A stretch of 64,000 bases of DNA, taken from contig NC_069006.1 of assembly GCF_001194135.2 (NCBI RefSeq), positions 17,617,048 to 17,681,047 on the forward strand, given 5' to 3'. The notes below the pieces were generated by a model. That model was not told the origin of the DNA, did not search any database, and was given only the letters and a program-made list of their open reading frames with translations. Source of the stretch: Octopus bimaculoides. Its lineage: Eukaryota. Made by a program: the position numbers and the translations under genes. This document shows positions 1 through 12,472 of this stretch, in pieces. Every line of letters starts with the position of its first letter. The first letter of the stretch is position 1.

Positions 1-435
1 TGTGTGCTTGAAATGAAACACTGCTGCTTGTCTTGCTATAAAATAGACATCATCTATCATCAAGTGGAACTGATACCGGATTTAGTAGGCTGTAGGGCTT
101 ATTTATTTATTTATTTATTTGTTTTTTCAGAAAGAATATTCTGTTTTCAATAGAGTTGAGTTCCTATTATATGCATGTGTATATGTATGTATGTATGTAT
201 GTATGTATATATATATGTGTGTGTGTGTGTATTTGCATATGTATATAAAAATGGATGTATGTATTTATATATGTGTGCGTGTATCTCTTGATGTTTGATC
301 TTGGTTCTTAACAAAACACACACACACATGTGCATGCGATCACATGTATTCTTGCACAGAGGCACACACACACACACACTAATTCTGCATTTCTTTCTCT
401 CATGTATACCCACATGAACATTTTCATGATCTCAG

Positions 436-498
<63 letters not shown>

Positions 499-717
499 AC
501 AATTCTCTATTAAAGAACTGTTTGCTAGCATGATGTTGGAACCAATTGTCTTTGGAGTGTTTTGTGAAGCACCCAAATCACCTATTTGCGGAATTTCTTT
601 ATGCTGGAGGTGTTTCCTAACCTGTTCATGGCAAATCTGTAATTTTATCTCGATTTTACAAGTGTACTGCCTAAAGTTGAATTGCTCTGAGGAACATTAT
701 TCATTTTTCAATAGTGG

Positions 718-1260
718 CCACCACCACCACCACTACTACTACTACTACTACGACCACCACCACTGCTGCTGCTGCTGCTACTACTACTACCACCACCACC
801 ACCATCACTACCACCACTACTACTACTATCACTATCACCACACCATTGTAATCATCACCATTACTATTACCTCTTCCTCTATTACCACTATCATCATCAC
901 TTCTTCTTCCACTACCACCACCGCCACTACCATTACCACTATCAATTCTATCACCACCACCATCATTACCTCTGTCCTCACATCACCATTATCTCTGTCA
1001 CCATTACTACTGTCATTTCCAACACCATCACCACTGCTAAGATACCACCGCCAATTACTACAGCACTACCATCATTACCGTTACTACCACCGTCAGTGTC
1101 ACCATCACCATCACTGCCACCACCATTACTACCCGCACCCTTATCATCTCCACTAATAAGACCATCATTACTACCCTCTCCTTTCACCGCCATTATTACC
1201 ATCAACATCCCACCACCACCACCACCACCACCACCATCAAAACTACGACTACCACCATCA
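718..1260. repeat. Degenerate compound trinucleotide array (CAC/TAC/CAT/TGC)
   Basis: Runs of caccaccac, tactactac, tgctgctgc and catcaccat; source of the His/Tyr/Thr-rich pseudo-ORFs. Confidence 0.9.
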
Positions 1261-1422
1261 TTTCAAATGCACACATGCTCCAAGCATTTCCAAATGCTAA
1301 GAAATATTCCCTACATATTATTTCAATCCCTCTGTCGTATAATGTGTTTGTTGTTTAATCATACAGTTTTACAGAAATGCATGTTTACAACTGACTATGT
1401 TTTATAAATTGTATACTAAGTT

Positions 1423-1575
1423 AGGCTTTGCTGTGTGGTTAACTAACAAGTTAGCATTGCAATGTCATGGTTCGTAGGTTCAATCCCCATGTGCTGCACA
1501 CTAAAGGCAAGTGTCTTCTACCAGTGTTCCAGATTAGCCAATCATGTATGAGTGTAACTTTTTAGGCAGAAACTT
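1423..1575 (+). mobile_element. SINE family A, degenerate 5' head fragment
   Basis: gctgtgtggtt...ggttcaatcccc...ggcaagtgtcttcta matches the head of intact family A copies in this window. Confidence 0.6.
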
Positions 1576-1588
1576 TACTGAAGCGATG

Positions 1589-1681
1589 GACCACAGCTGA
1601 TTTCAGCAGTCTAAGAAAACCTACAAAGGGCAGGTGTGCTGTCCCTCTTCTTTCAAAGGACTGCTGAAATCATCTCCGGTC
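1589..1681. other. Long imperfect hairpin (14-bp perfect inverted repeat plus inner and outer stems)
   Basis: tgatttcagcagtc (1598-1611) is the exact reverse complement of gactgctgaaatca (1659-1672); outer gacc/ggtc; inner aggg.cag/ctg.ccct. Confidence 0.7.
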
Positions 1682-1722
1682 TATTTCTCTTTGAACTTCT
1701 GTAATACAACACATGTATACAT

Positions 1723-1795
<73 letters not shown>

Positions 1796-1844
1796 GTGTG
1801 ATTGTGTCTGTGACATAAAGTGTAATTGCAAGCTTTATTTGTAG

Positions 1845-2030
1845 GCTTGTGGGTGCTGGTGTTATGTAAAAGCACCCAGTACATCCTGTGGCATTAGGAA
1901 GGGCATCCAGTTGTTGAAATACCAAAATAGACAAAATGGAACCTAGGCAGCTCTTCAGCTGGCCAACTCCCATCATACCATCTAACCCATGCCAGCCTGG
2001 AGAATGGGTGTTAAATGATGGTGCTGATAT
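1845..2030 (+). mobile_element. Family E retroposon tail fragment ((GAT)n-ending)
   Basis: ggcattaggaagggcatccag...catgccagcctggagaatgggtgttaaatgatg; same block at 12473-12735(-), 39660-39787, 50025-50155, 63640-63740(-). Confidence 0.7.
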
Positions 2031-2420
2031 AGTCTGTGTGTGTGTTTGTGTATTTGAAATGAAAATTAAAATGCAAACATAAACAGTTTATATGAGAACA
2101 AGATGTGGGGAGAGAAAAGATGTGTTTGTATCTACACTTTTAATACACACATACATGCGTACATATTTAAGTATGTATGTATGTATTCACAGTTCAATCC
2201 TAGATTAGCCCTGAAAATAAATGTTAATGTAATTATAAATATCTTTGTCGTCTGAGTGAGCAAGTAAATGTGAAATTTAAGTAATGGCATACGGCTCTGC
2301 TGTATAAATATAATCACACTCTGTCTACACAATGAATTGATTGCTTTTTCTCTTGTTTGTTACAAACAACATTTGTGTCTGCATGTATGTGTGCATAAAT
2401 GTGTGTGCACGCACACACAT

Positions 2421-2745
2421 GTAAGTTGGACATATATGCACAACCTTCCACCCCACACACATATAATTGTATATATACACACATATATATATATATACAA
2501 GCATACATGTATATGTGTATGCACACATATACATAAATATTTTTTAAAACTTCAGAAACACCGAGTGTGTTGGTATTTTACAGATAGACACACACACACA
2601 CACACATAGTAAGTTGGACATACATGCACAACCTTCCCACACATATATATATACATATACAAGCATACATGTATATGTGTATGCACACATATACATATAT
2701 ATATATTAAAAAACTTCAGAAACACTGAGTGTGTTGGTATTTTAC
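2421..2745. repeat. Tandem duplication, period about 188 bp, built on TA/CA microsatellite
   Basis: gtaagttggaca...caaccttcc...aaaacttcagaaacac.gagtgtgttggtattttaca starts at 2421 and again at 2609. Confidence 0.85.
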
Positions 2746-2843
2746 ACACACACACATACACACACACGCTCAAGTGTATGTGTAGATATGCAGTACACAC
2801 TTATATACATTTTTGTTTGTGGGGTGGGTTGTAGGGTTGTAAT

Positions 2844-3110
2844 TCTTTATCATTCTTCAGCTGTTGGACTGTAGCCATGCTGGGATACCACCTTGAAGTG
2901 TTTTTATCTAACAAATCAACCCCAGTACTTATTTTTTTATAGCCTGATACTTACTTATTCTAGTGGTCTCTTATTGTTGAACCACTAAACTATGGAAATA
3001 TAAACAAACCAACATTAGTGGCAGTGGTGGATAAACATAAAGGTGCACGTGTGCACACACACATACACAATGGGCTTCTTTCAGTTTCCATCTACGAAAT
3101 CCGTTCAAGA
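2844..3110 (-). mobile_element. SINE family A, body and tail
   Basis: cagctgttggactgtagccatgctggg...gggcttctttcagtttccatctac is the reverse complement of the family A 3' two-thirds. Confidence 0.75.
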
Positions 3111-3128
3111 TTTTGCTTGATCGTATAG

Positions 3129-3481
3129 TTACTCTTCTAAATGTTTCAATCATTTGACTGCGGCCATGCTGGAGCACCGCCTTTAATTGAGCTAATCGAC
3201 CCCAGGATTTATTCTTTGGAAGCCTAGTACTTATTCAAGTTACAGGGACGTAAACACAGCAGCATCGGTTGTCAAGCGATGTTTGGGACGGGGGGACAAA
3301 CACACACACATACATATACGATGGACTTTTTTCAGTTTCTGTTTACCAAATCCACTCACAAGGCTTTGGTCGGCCAGAGGCTATAGTAGAAGACACTCGG
3401 CCAAGGTGCCACGCAGTGGGACTGAACCTGGAACCATGTGGTTCATAAGCAAACTACTTACCACACAGCCATTCCTATGCC
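3129..3481 (-). mobile_element. SINE family A (tRNA-derived), near full length
   Basis: Reverse complement reads ggctgtgtggtaag (A-box-like)...ggttcagtccc (B-box-like)...ttggccgagtgtctt...ccttgtgagtggatttggta...microsatellite...ccagcatggccgcagtcaaatga. Confidence 0.85.
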
Positions 3482-4276
3482 TAGGAGTGGCAGGAGTGGC
3501 TGTTTATTTTATACAACAATATACCGTTGTATATTTTAATTTTTTAATACTTTTATAATGCAGTTGTATATTTTTGTTTTCTTTTAGTTTATTTATTGCA
3601 TATTTTAGTTTTTTCTGAAAAATGAACTGAGTACCCATATAGCATTGAAATAACCTGCACTCACACGTGTGTGTTTGTGTGTGTGGTATGTGGCCTTGAT
3701 ATAATTAAAAATAAAATTGTACTTGGCTCAGTATACTATATCAGCAGAGTAAGTGACCACCTTTGGGGGGTTAGTATATGTTATCAGACAAGTCGTAACC
3801 TGTTCAGTGCAATAATGTCTTTAATCTCAGCCTACCACTTCACTGATTGCAATATTTTTTTTCTGTCTGACATAACACGTCAGATATAAACCACCACCAC
3901 CACCACCACTATTACTTGTTCTTAATTGTAGCAATTTCCACTTAATTCGTTATGATGTCTTCCTTTCCATTTTAATTTATTCCAGATACGTATTATTTCT
4001 TTCTTATTTCAGCAACATTTAAAATGTTATTGTGTGTTTTGAAAAGAAAATTTAACAAGGAAAACGAAACAATAAAATTGAAAATTTGCTAAGCTTTTAT
4101 TGATTGAGAGAGAATCTCTAGGTTAATAAATAAGTTATATGTGTATTATATGTGGAGTCTAGTTTCTCAGTACGTTTTTTTTCTTTCTTTTTTTCTGTTT
4201 TTCAAGTTTTGAGGGTTTACGAGTTAAGGAAAGGCTAATGTTATCATTGATGTTGATATTGAAGTCATTGTCGTCC

Positions 4277-4434
4277 TCCTCCTCACCCTACTACTACTAC
4301 TACTTCTTCTTCCTCTTCCTCTTCTTCCTCTTCCTCTTCCTCTTCTTCTTCTTCCTCTTCCTCTTCTTCTTCTTCCTCTTCTTCTTCTTCTTCTACTACT
4401 ACTACTACTACTTACTACTACTACTACTACTACT

Positions 4435-4486
<52 letters not shown>

Positions 4487-4503
4487 GCTGCTGCTGCTAC
4501 TAG
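4277..4503. repeat. Compound microsatellite (TAC)n-(TTC/CTCTTC)n-(TAC)n-(TGC)n
   Basis: Directly visible. Confidence 0.95.
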
Positions 4504-5117
4504 CAGATCTAAGATCAAAGATGTTCCAGTTGAGACTATCCTTCCTGTCTTTTAATCTAGAAATAATGTTTGTTGGTCTGCATTACCACACTTTTTTTCT
4601 TTTTGTCTTTAAAGATGGAAATGTATGATTTTTTAAAGAGATTTTTAAGGCTTTTGTTTCTGATAGATTAAACATCCACACGGTTTCCCTTGCAATGCCC
4701 TGACTGAAAAAAAAATGGTTACTAGGCTAAATGTGTCCAAGCAGATCCATTAACAAATAGATAGCTCTGGTCAAATGCATATTCATGGATAATTCATTCT
4801 GCTCTCTGGTTGAGAACTACATTGCATTTTCACATGCAGTGGTTTACTGTATGGGGGTGCAGTATTGCAACCTAGTTGTTCATTTTACTCGGATACAACT
4901 TAGGGGTTTCACTTGTGACCAAATCAGGGATAGACAAAATGGATTCGGTTGATATGTGACAGTTGCTTTAATAGTAGTTATTGTTGAGCCCTTGGTCATC
5001 CTTGATTGAGCAGGCCATCAATGTAGCTGGGACCAGGCTTTTGTTTTAAGACATAGTATACTTAGAACTATTACCAATGTCGACATGCTTTTTTTTTTAA
5101 AGACTATCAAGTCTGAT

Positions 5118-5330
5118 ATAGTGGAGGTGCATGGCTTAGCAGTTAGTAATTATAAGATTGTGGTTTCTATTCCTTGATCAGGTGGTGCATTGTGTTTTTG
5201 AGCGAAACACTTCATTCCATGTTGCACTCAGCTTGCAAAAATGAGTAATCCTATGACACACCAGCATCTCACTGGGGGGGGGGGCGAATATATGTGCCCT
5301 GGAAACTGGGGCACATATATTCTATATGAC
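5118..5330 (+). mobile_element. tRNA-head SINE with CORE-like block (family D-type head), degenerate
   Basis: gtggaggtgcatggcttagcagttag...ttgagcgaaacacttcattccatgttgcactcagcttgcaaaaatgagt. Confidence 0.55.
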
Positions 5331-6020
5331 TCAGGAAGGATCTTTATCCTTTTTAAGAGTTTGATACGAGGAAGATTTAACTGCTGTTTCTGGCAGGTTA
5401 ACCCGGAAATAACAATCTTTGTTGCTTATTTCAACTGTTGTGTATCCCCACACATTGTTAAGGGAAGTATTAACTTGTGTGTATCCTTACATAGTGTTTA
5501 GGGATGTTTTAACCTGCACAGTAATTAGGAATGTATCAGCTAGTGTTATAAGTTAGTAATGTAATCAGCCAGAAGATATGCTGAAAAGCATTTCATCTGA
5601 TGAGCTAATGATTCTGCCAGCTTGCCACAATAATAATAATAATAATAATGGTTTTAAATTTTGGCACAAGGCCAGCAATTACATTCTGCAAAGGTTGACC
5701 TTGCTTTTCATCCTTTTAGGGGTCGATAAATAAGTACCAGTTGAGTGTTGGAGTTGATTTAAGTGACTTAGACCCCTACCGTGAAATTTCTGCCAAAATT
5801 TGAAGCCATTGTAACAATGTTTCATCCATTGTCTTCCATGAGTTAGATTTNNNNNNNNNNNNNNNNNNNNNNNNNNNNNNNNNNNNNNNNNNNNNNNNNN
5901 NNNNNNNNNNNNNNNNNNNNNNNNNNNNNNNNNNNNNNNNNNNNNNNNNNNNNNNNNNNNNNNNNNNNNNNNNNNNNNNNNNNNNNNNNNNNNNNNNNNN
6001 NNNNNNNNNNNNNNNNNNNN

Positions 6021-6053
<33 letters not shown>

Positions 6054-6643
6054 CATATTGGTAAAGGAGATTGTTCCATGAATAAACCTATTTTATTTTT
6101 GGTAGTGAAGCATAAAGAAGTAAGGAAGTTGTCTTCAGTGGGCCTATCTTTGGTCTGCTTTACTGCACAATACTAGATATTCAAGTAATTCTAGCAGGGA
6201 ATACTTCCAAGACAGAGAATTTCAACAGTTTCTTACGGGAGTGGGGGAGACCATTTACATGCTATGTCAGAAATATATCATTGTTACTGAGCCCTTTTTT
6301 TTTTTTTACTCGAGTTCCTTGTTTCTCTTGTTCGGAGCAGCTGAAATCCAATCTCTGCAAAATGTACACAACTTATACCAAGTGATATAAACATAGACTT
6401 TTTTTTCCTACATGAAACCTCCATAATAAGCCTTACATGATACTGTTCACATAATACCACTAGCATGCGCCTCGTCGTATTATACATACATCCTTCTTCC
6501 ACCTCTTAAAGATTCTATCAAATAAATATAAACAGACAAAAAAAATTAGAAATGCTTTCTGCTGCACATTTTATATATATGTATGTGTGTATATATGTGT
6601 GTGTGTGTATAGAGGTATGTATATATGTGTGTGTATATATATA

Positions 6644-6691
<48 letters not shown>

Positions 6692-7111
6692 GTAGGTATG
6701 TTTATGTATGTGTGTATATCTAAGTATGTATGTGTGTGTGTGTGTGTGTATATATATGATGATGATGATGTAGGTATGTTTATGTATTTGTGTATATCTA
6801 TGTATGCATATATGTGTGTGTGTGTATATATATATGTATATATATTATAATGTTGACTTTGCAAGTTTTCATAATTTTTTTCCCCATTTTGTTCTCTTTT
6901 TTTTTTTTTTCCTTTTTTGTTTTTAATGTTTTCTCTTTAGCTGAAAGAGTTGAGGTAGATATAGATATGTGAAAATAAACATTTTACAGATTAGAAGCCG
7001 GCAAGTCGGAACATGAAATGCACTAGATCATATTTCTGAAGCATATCAAATGGTTCTTTTTTCCTTTTTTTCCTTTCTTTTTTTCTTTTTTTTCTTTTTT
7101 CTTTTTCTCAG

Positions 7112-7187
7112 TTAGTTACACCATCCGTTTTTCTCTCTGTCCGGTTGCGGGCTGGTCTTCAGTTTGAAGACTTTTTTCTGACTGCAG
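7112..7187 (-). CDS. Candidate terminal coding exon, product unknown
   Basis: Minus-strand acceptor ctgcccctcctttctaaaccag; two frames run to a stop within 76 nt (CSQKKVFKLKTSPQPDREKNGWCN* and LQSEKSLQTEDQPATGQREKRMV*); no homology recognised. Confidence 0.2.
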
Positions 7188-8282
7188 CTGGTTTAGAAAG
7201 GAGGGGCAGAGGACATGCAAAACACACACACACACACACACACACATACTCAGACAGGCAGACAGGATGTAAAGTGAGAACTCTGATAGTCTTCAAATAC
7301 ATTATAGCTTGGTGTTATCATTTGATCTCAGTTTTCATCATTTTCAATGTTTAAATAAGATTTCTACCAGAATGTTTTACTAAGATATTACTTGCTTTTA
7401 CTTTTTTTTCTTTCTTTAATGAATAGGTTTTCTTATTTTTTAAAATTTTATTTTATTTATTCATCTTTTCCATATGATTTTCTTCTTGGTTCTGCTTCAT
7501 TAATCTTTCTTATATTTATTCCTCTGCAATTTTATTGTTGTTGTTATTAATGATGATGATGATGACGATGATAATCATCTGCTGCTTGGTCTCTGAAGAG
7601 AAGCTACAGTGTTCATAATATAGCTTAGATAAGATCATTAGAAATAACGGAGAGACTGCTTAATTAAAACTGACTCTATCTTGTCTCTGATCTCCCCACT
7701 CCCCTGTCTCACACACACAGAATGGTCTATATTGCGAATTAAATCCTACTTTCATTAATTTAACCCCTTCCAGTCTACTGTGCCACATTGTGCTCCACCC
7801 CATTGTTAATTCTGTTTCTTGTGATTGGGTACAAACTGCAGGAATTTCTCTGGTTTATATTCTTCTTCAAGAGGGAGGGGCAAGAAAACAAAAAAAGGAC
7901 CCTGCATACTTCCCTTCACACACCATTGTTGTTGTTATTGTGGCCCTGATCGGGCAGACCCGTAATGTCAAGACATTTCGACTTGTCCCCATCCCTTATG
8001 ATGTGATTTGAGGGGCATTTGGCTGTTATCTCTCACAGACTGGGTGACTATGTAGAGCACCCCCACCCCTCATGAAATATAACTGATTAGAATAAAATAT
8101 CTTAGCAAGGATTTGAACACTGGACCAGCAATAATATGTTGCGTACCATAGAGTAGAAGATAAGATTTGGTTTTCTTTTTTCAATTGTTTAATCTTGGTG
8201 AGCCCTGATCCGAGACAGTCTATGTCCTGGATTCTAGGCAGTGATTTTGAGGGAGATTTGGCTGTTATTTTTAATGGTAACT

Positions 8283-8495
8283 AAGGCAGCGAGCTGGCAG
8301 AATCGCTAGCACGCTGGGTGAAATGCTTAGCAGTATTTTGTCTGCTTCTATGTCTTGAGTTCAAATTTCACCAACTTCAACTTTGCCTTTCATCCTTTCA
8401 GAATCAATAAATCAAGTACCATTAAAACATTGGGGTCAATTTAATGAACTAGTCCTTTCCCCACTAATTGAGGCCTTGTGCCTCTCGTAGAAAAG
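8283..8495 (+). mobile_element. SINE family B, full length with 16-bp TSD
   Basis: aaggcagcgagctggcagaatcgctagc...gagttcaaatt...ggccttgtgcctctcgtagaaaag flanked by atttttaatggtaact at 8267-8282 and 8496-8511. Confidence 0.9.
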
Positions 8496-8649
8496 ATTTT
8501 TAATGGTAACTGTATAGAAAAAAGAGTTCCTTCATTGATTTTATGCTGAATTGAGTCTGTCATTTGTCTTGGTTCAACTGAGGATTCCATTTGTATCTAA
8601 GATACCTTTGAGAAAGGCATCATCTTCATTCATCTCAGCTTCTTTTTTT

Positions 8650-9040
8650 TATCTTTTACTTGTTTCAGTCATTAGATTATGGCCTTGGAGAATTTTTAAT
8701 CAAATGAATTGACCTCACTACTTTTTTTTTTAGACATGGTACTTACTTATTCTATCATTCTCTATTGCTGAACTGTTAAGTTACAGGGATGTAAACACAC
8801 TAACAACAGTTGTCAAGCGGTAGTGGGGAACAAACACACACACATCCACATGCATATATATATATATATATATATATGACAGGCTTCTTTCAGTTTCCAT
8901 CTATCAAATCCACTCACAAGGCTTTGGTTGGTTTGAGGCTATAGTAGAAGACACTTTCCTTGGGTACCATGCAATGGGACCAAAACCGGAACCATATACT
9001 TGGGAAGCAATCTTCTTGCCACATCGCCACACCTGTTCCT
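8650..9040 (-). mobile_element. SINE family A, near full length
   Basis: cttttacttgtttcagtcatt...aaatccactcacaaggctttgg...ggaaccatatacttgggaagcaa. Confidence 0.85.
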
Positions 9041-10084
9041 ATAAATTTTTAGTTTTGGTCTACACTATTGACAGTTCATATTTTACTGCTGCTGCTGCTT
9101 CTCCTATGACATTAACAAGCACAAAGCTGTTTGGTTGGCTTGTCTGCAATTCTTCATTATAATTTCATCTTTTTTTATTTTGTTTTTATCAGGGATTAGT
9201 TTGAATACTAAGTTTGTGAATGAAGACCTATCCGTCTGTTTTCTTCCTTTTTTTTTTTTTTTTNNNNNNNNNNTTTTTTTTTTTTGTTTCACTTTGTTTT
9301 AATTTATTTTACTTTGTTTTATTTTTATTTTGTTTTCTTTTGTTTTCTTTTTTGAAATCAGTTAAGTCATTTTTGAAAGTTGGTGATGTGATATCTTTTA
9401 TGAAGATAACCATTATCTGATTTTTAACATGAGATCAATCTCCTGATGAATGTCAGGTGGTGGTGATGATGATGGTGGTGATAGTGGTGGTGGTGGGAAT
9501 ATTTTAGATGCTGCTTGCTATACGTTTGACGGGCGATCAAAATCAACAGATTGAAAGATATTGACTCGGAACTAGTTTCACCCTGTACAAATGTTATCTC
9601 TTTCGTTTATCACCTTAAAGTTATTGCTTTTTTTCTTTCTTTTTTATTTATTTTATATCATTATTATTATTATTATCCACTTCATTTCTTCCAATAACAT
9701 TAGTCTTGTGTTGTTGTTGTTGTTGCTGCTGCTGCTGTTAATCTCCAGTTCAGTCAATCTTGATTGGACAGCCTGATAATCAAAGGTATTCCTGTGGTTT
9801 TTTTTTTTTTTTTTTTTTTTGTGGGGTGGTGTTTACCTAGTATTACCATTATGTCCTCAGGGTGTGATTTAAGGGCAATTTGGCTGCTATTTGTAGCAGG
9901 TTCTGAGATGATATACAGACATCTTTGTTGTTGTTGCTTTTGTCCACCAAGGTCAGACTTAATCAAATAATACGATCTAAGATCTTCCAGTTGTGATCCT
10001 CCTGTATTTTTCTGGTTTGTTGTTTCTTTTTTCTAGTACAAAGCTTGCCTTGGTTGAACAAACTTAAAACCAAAGGTTTTTCAA

Positions 10085-10280
10085 TTGTGGTCATTATTAT
10101 TATTAACGCAGTGAGCTGGCAGAATTGCTAGCACACCGGGCAAAATGCTTAGTATTTTGTCCGACTTTTTGTTCTGAGTTCAAAGATAAAATAAGTACCA
10201 GCTGGGCACTGGGGTCAATGTAATCAACTTACCCTCTCCCTGAACTTGCTGGCCTTGTGCCAAAATTTGAAACTATTATT
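10085..10280 (+). mobile_element. SINE family B
   Basis: gagctggcagaattgctagcacaccgggcaaaatgcttag...ataagtaccagctgggcactggggtc...ggccttgtgccaaaatttgaaac. Confidence 0.85.
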
Positions 10281-10604
10281 AAGATGGTATTTAGAACATA
10301 AATTAACATGAAATTTTGATGGGAAGTTTAAATTTAGATCACTTTAAAACAGTGGATTTGAAGGGTAGTTTCTGGTGAATTGGTATCAAAAGGATTATGG
10401 GTAAAATTTATTCGATGAGCTTCCACCTGTTTTCTATCTTAGTTTCATTCCACAAGATTTTACTTGACCCAAGGCAATAATAAAAGACACTTGCTCTAAC
10501 ATGTTACACACTAGGACTGAACTCAGGACCTTGTGATTACGAACTAGATTTCTTCACTGTTTTGCTATGCTGTTTTTATGTAATATGATTTCATAGATAA
10601 GCTA

Positions 10605-10805
10605 ATGAGGAGGTCTCTGTGTAGTTGCTTGACCTGTGAGAAACCTCAACCAAATCTTCCTTAAATTGTATCTTAGCAGAAGAAAGGAGGACACATTGTT
10701 TAATGTAGTCCTAGGTTCACTATTGCCTAAAGCCAAAATTATGGAATGGCTTTGATTATATATGACTGCTTGACCAGAGTTGACCTGGAGCTAAGCAACA
10801 ACTAC
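10605..10805 (+). mobile_element. Family C interspersed repeat ((AAC)n-ending)
   Basis: ctctgtgtagttgcttgacctg...aatgtagtcctag...gttgacctggagctaagcaacaac; related blocks at 7925-8050, 8185-8270, 9835-9965, 19370-19445, 32510-32700, 46410-46620, 52010-52170, 54040-54150, 58910-59075. Confidence 0.7.
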
Positions 10806-11955
10806 ATATTACATGCCTACTTGGCTAATGTCGACAACTGTAACCACAACCTCGAGGTTAAACCCACCTCATCTATTGCGTCTCCTCTGTGTCTATACAG
10901 CCTCCATATTTCTCTATCCCTTCAGATATGTTTCAAAATTCAATTCAGTTATTGAGTTCAAGTGTGGAAGCTAAGTATTTCCTGCTGTTTATAACTTGTT
11001 CTTCTTAGCACCAATGCCATGGTGCATTGCTAATTACTAAGGAATTGCTTCAGACATCACCTATGGGAAGAGGAGGAGGAAGGAGGGAGGGGGTCGAAAG
11101 TAAAACAGGCCAGAGGCTATGGAAGTTCTCATCTTTATCGCATTCAATCTGTTGTTTTACTTGTTCAAGCTATTAATGCTTGTCACCTTCAATCTCTCTC
11201 AAAACCTTGCTCCTACAGTGTAGTTCAATTGTCCACAACTTAGCTATTTCCTAACACCCCACCCACCCTGTCTCCCTTTTCTCTCCCTCTTTACTCTCAT
11301 CGATTAAATCTTTATCATGTGCCTTCTGCTATTGTTCTGTATTGTTGACTTGTGGAAATATTTCTCATTCTGTTTTCATTTTGTTGTGCTTGTTTCCTCC
11401 TCTCTTCCACTCACTTTTATTCTATGTACCCCCCCCCCCCTCTACACACACACACACGCACGCACACACTAGAAAACTGGACCAGCTAAGAACAGAAATA
11501 TAAATAATAATTATGTTTCACTTCTATCAAGTTCAGTTTCTCAGGGAGACCATCCACTGTGAATTCTTCAATCACACAAAACACTAATTATTATTATTAT
11601 TATTATTATTATTATGCAATAGATCTTACCCCTTTATACCTTACAGCTCTGTGATATATCTCACTGTGGTACCTGTATGCAGCTAAGTGAACTGGGCAAA
11701 GGATGAAGTGCATTGACCATCAACCCAGTACAATAGCATTAACAGTCTACAACTCTATCTACGCGACCAGCTGTGGGATACAGAGTAGAAACCATTAGTT
11801 TTTCAGTCAGGAGTCTGATACCGTATCAACTGGCCAGCTGTAGCAACACATTCACACCCTCCTAGAGATTTCCTGACTGGTAAAAAGGAAATAGTATGGT
11901 AGTTTGGTGAAATACTTCATTGTTAACTGACCTCTTGTCTTCCTACTCATAACAG

Positions 11956-11991
11956 GTAACCTGGCTTTATTGGCTGCTTCCAGTATTGAAG
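11956..11991 (+). CDS. Candidate 36-nt micro-exon, product unknown
   Basis: Acceptor cctcttgtcttcctactcataacag, donor AAG|gtatat; frame-preserving length; open as GNLALLAASSIE or VTWLYWLLPVLK. Confidence 0.25.
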
Positions 11992-12472
11992 GTATATTTT
12001 ATAAAAAATATATATTAGCGTCAGAGGCAGTGTTAATGCCAGGAGGTTATATTAACCCCCATTTAAACGAACGTGGCTGAATGTTCTGCTAGAACAAACT
12101 ATACTGTGGTGGTTACCACGAGAGAAACTCATATTGGCTTTCAGTGCAAAAATACACTCTTGTTTATATTCTTTTACCTTTTATTTTCAGTTATTTTTGA
12201 CTGTGGCCATGCTTCGGCACCACCTTGACGGGTTTTAGTCAAACAAATCAACCCCTACATCAGTTTTAATTCTCATTGATTGTTCTTATTTGGCTGCTTA
12301 CATCTCCTTTTATTCTTTTTTGCATGATCTTTTTAAATGAAGTGCACAATAGGAAGGGCAACCAGTTAGATGCCCAAACTAGTGTCAACCACATTACAAC
12401 TTGCCCTGGGGTAAGTTTATCGTAGAGACCTTAGATAAGTTGACTCTTTCTATTTGAATAGCACAGCATTCA

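Noticed and set aside
530-1407. 208-aa and neighbouring His/Tyr/Thr/Pro-rich ORFs
   Set aside because: Translations of trinucleotide microsatellite, open in several frames on both strands; no domain
7820-7870. Minus-strand YKPEKFL resembling the cytochrome P450 PERF motif
   Set aside because: Stop follows within about ten codons, no haem-binding FxxGxxxCxG motif nearby and no good donor
11645-11692. Minus-strand 47-nt exon candidate with good splice signals
   Set aside because: Overlaps a degenerate CORE-like SINE block (cagctaagtgaactggg), so most simply repeat-derived
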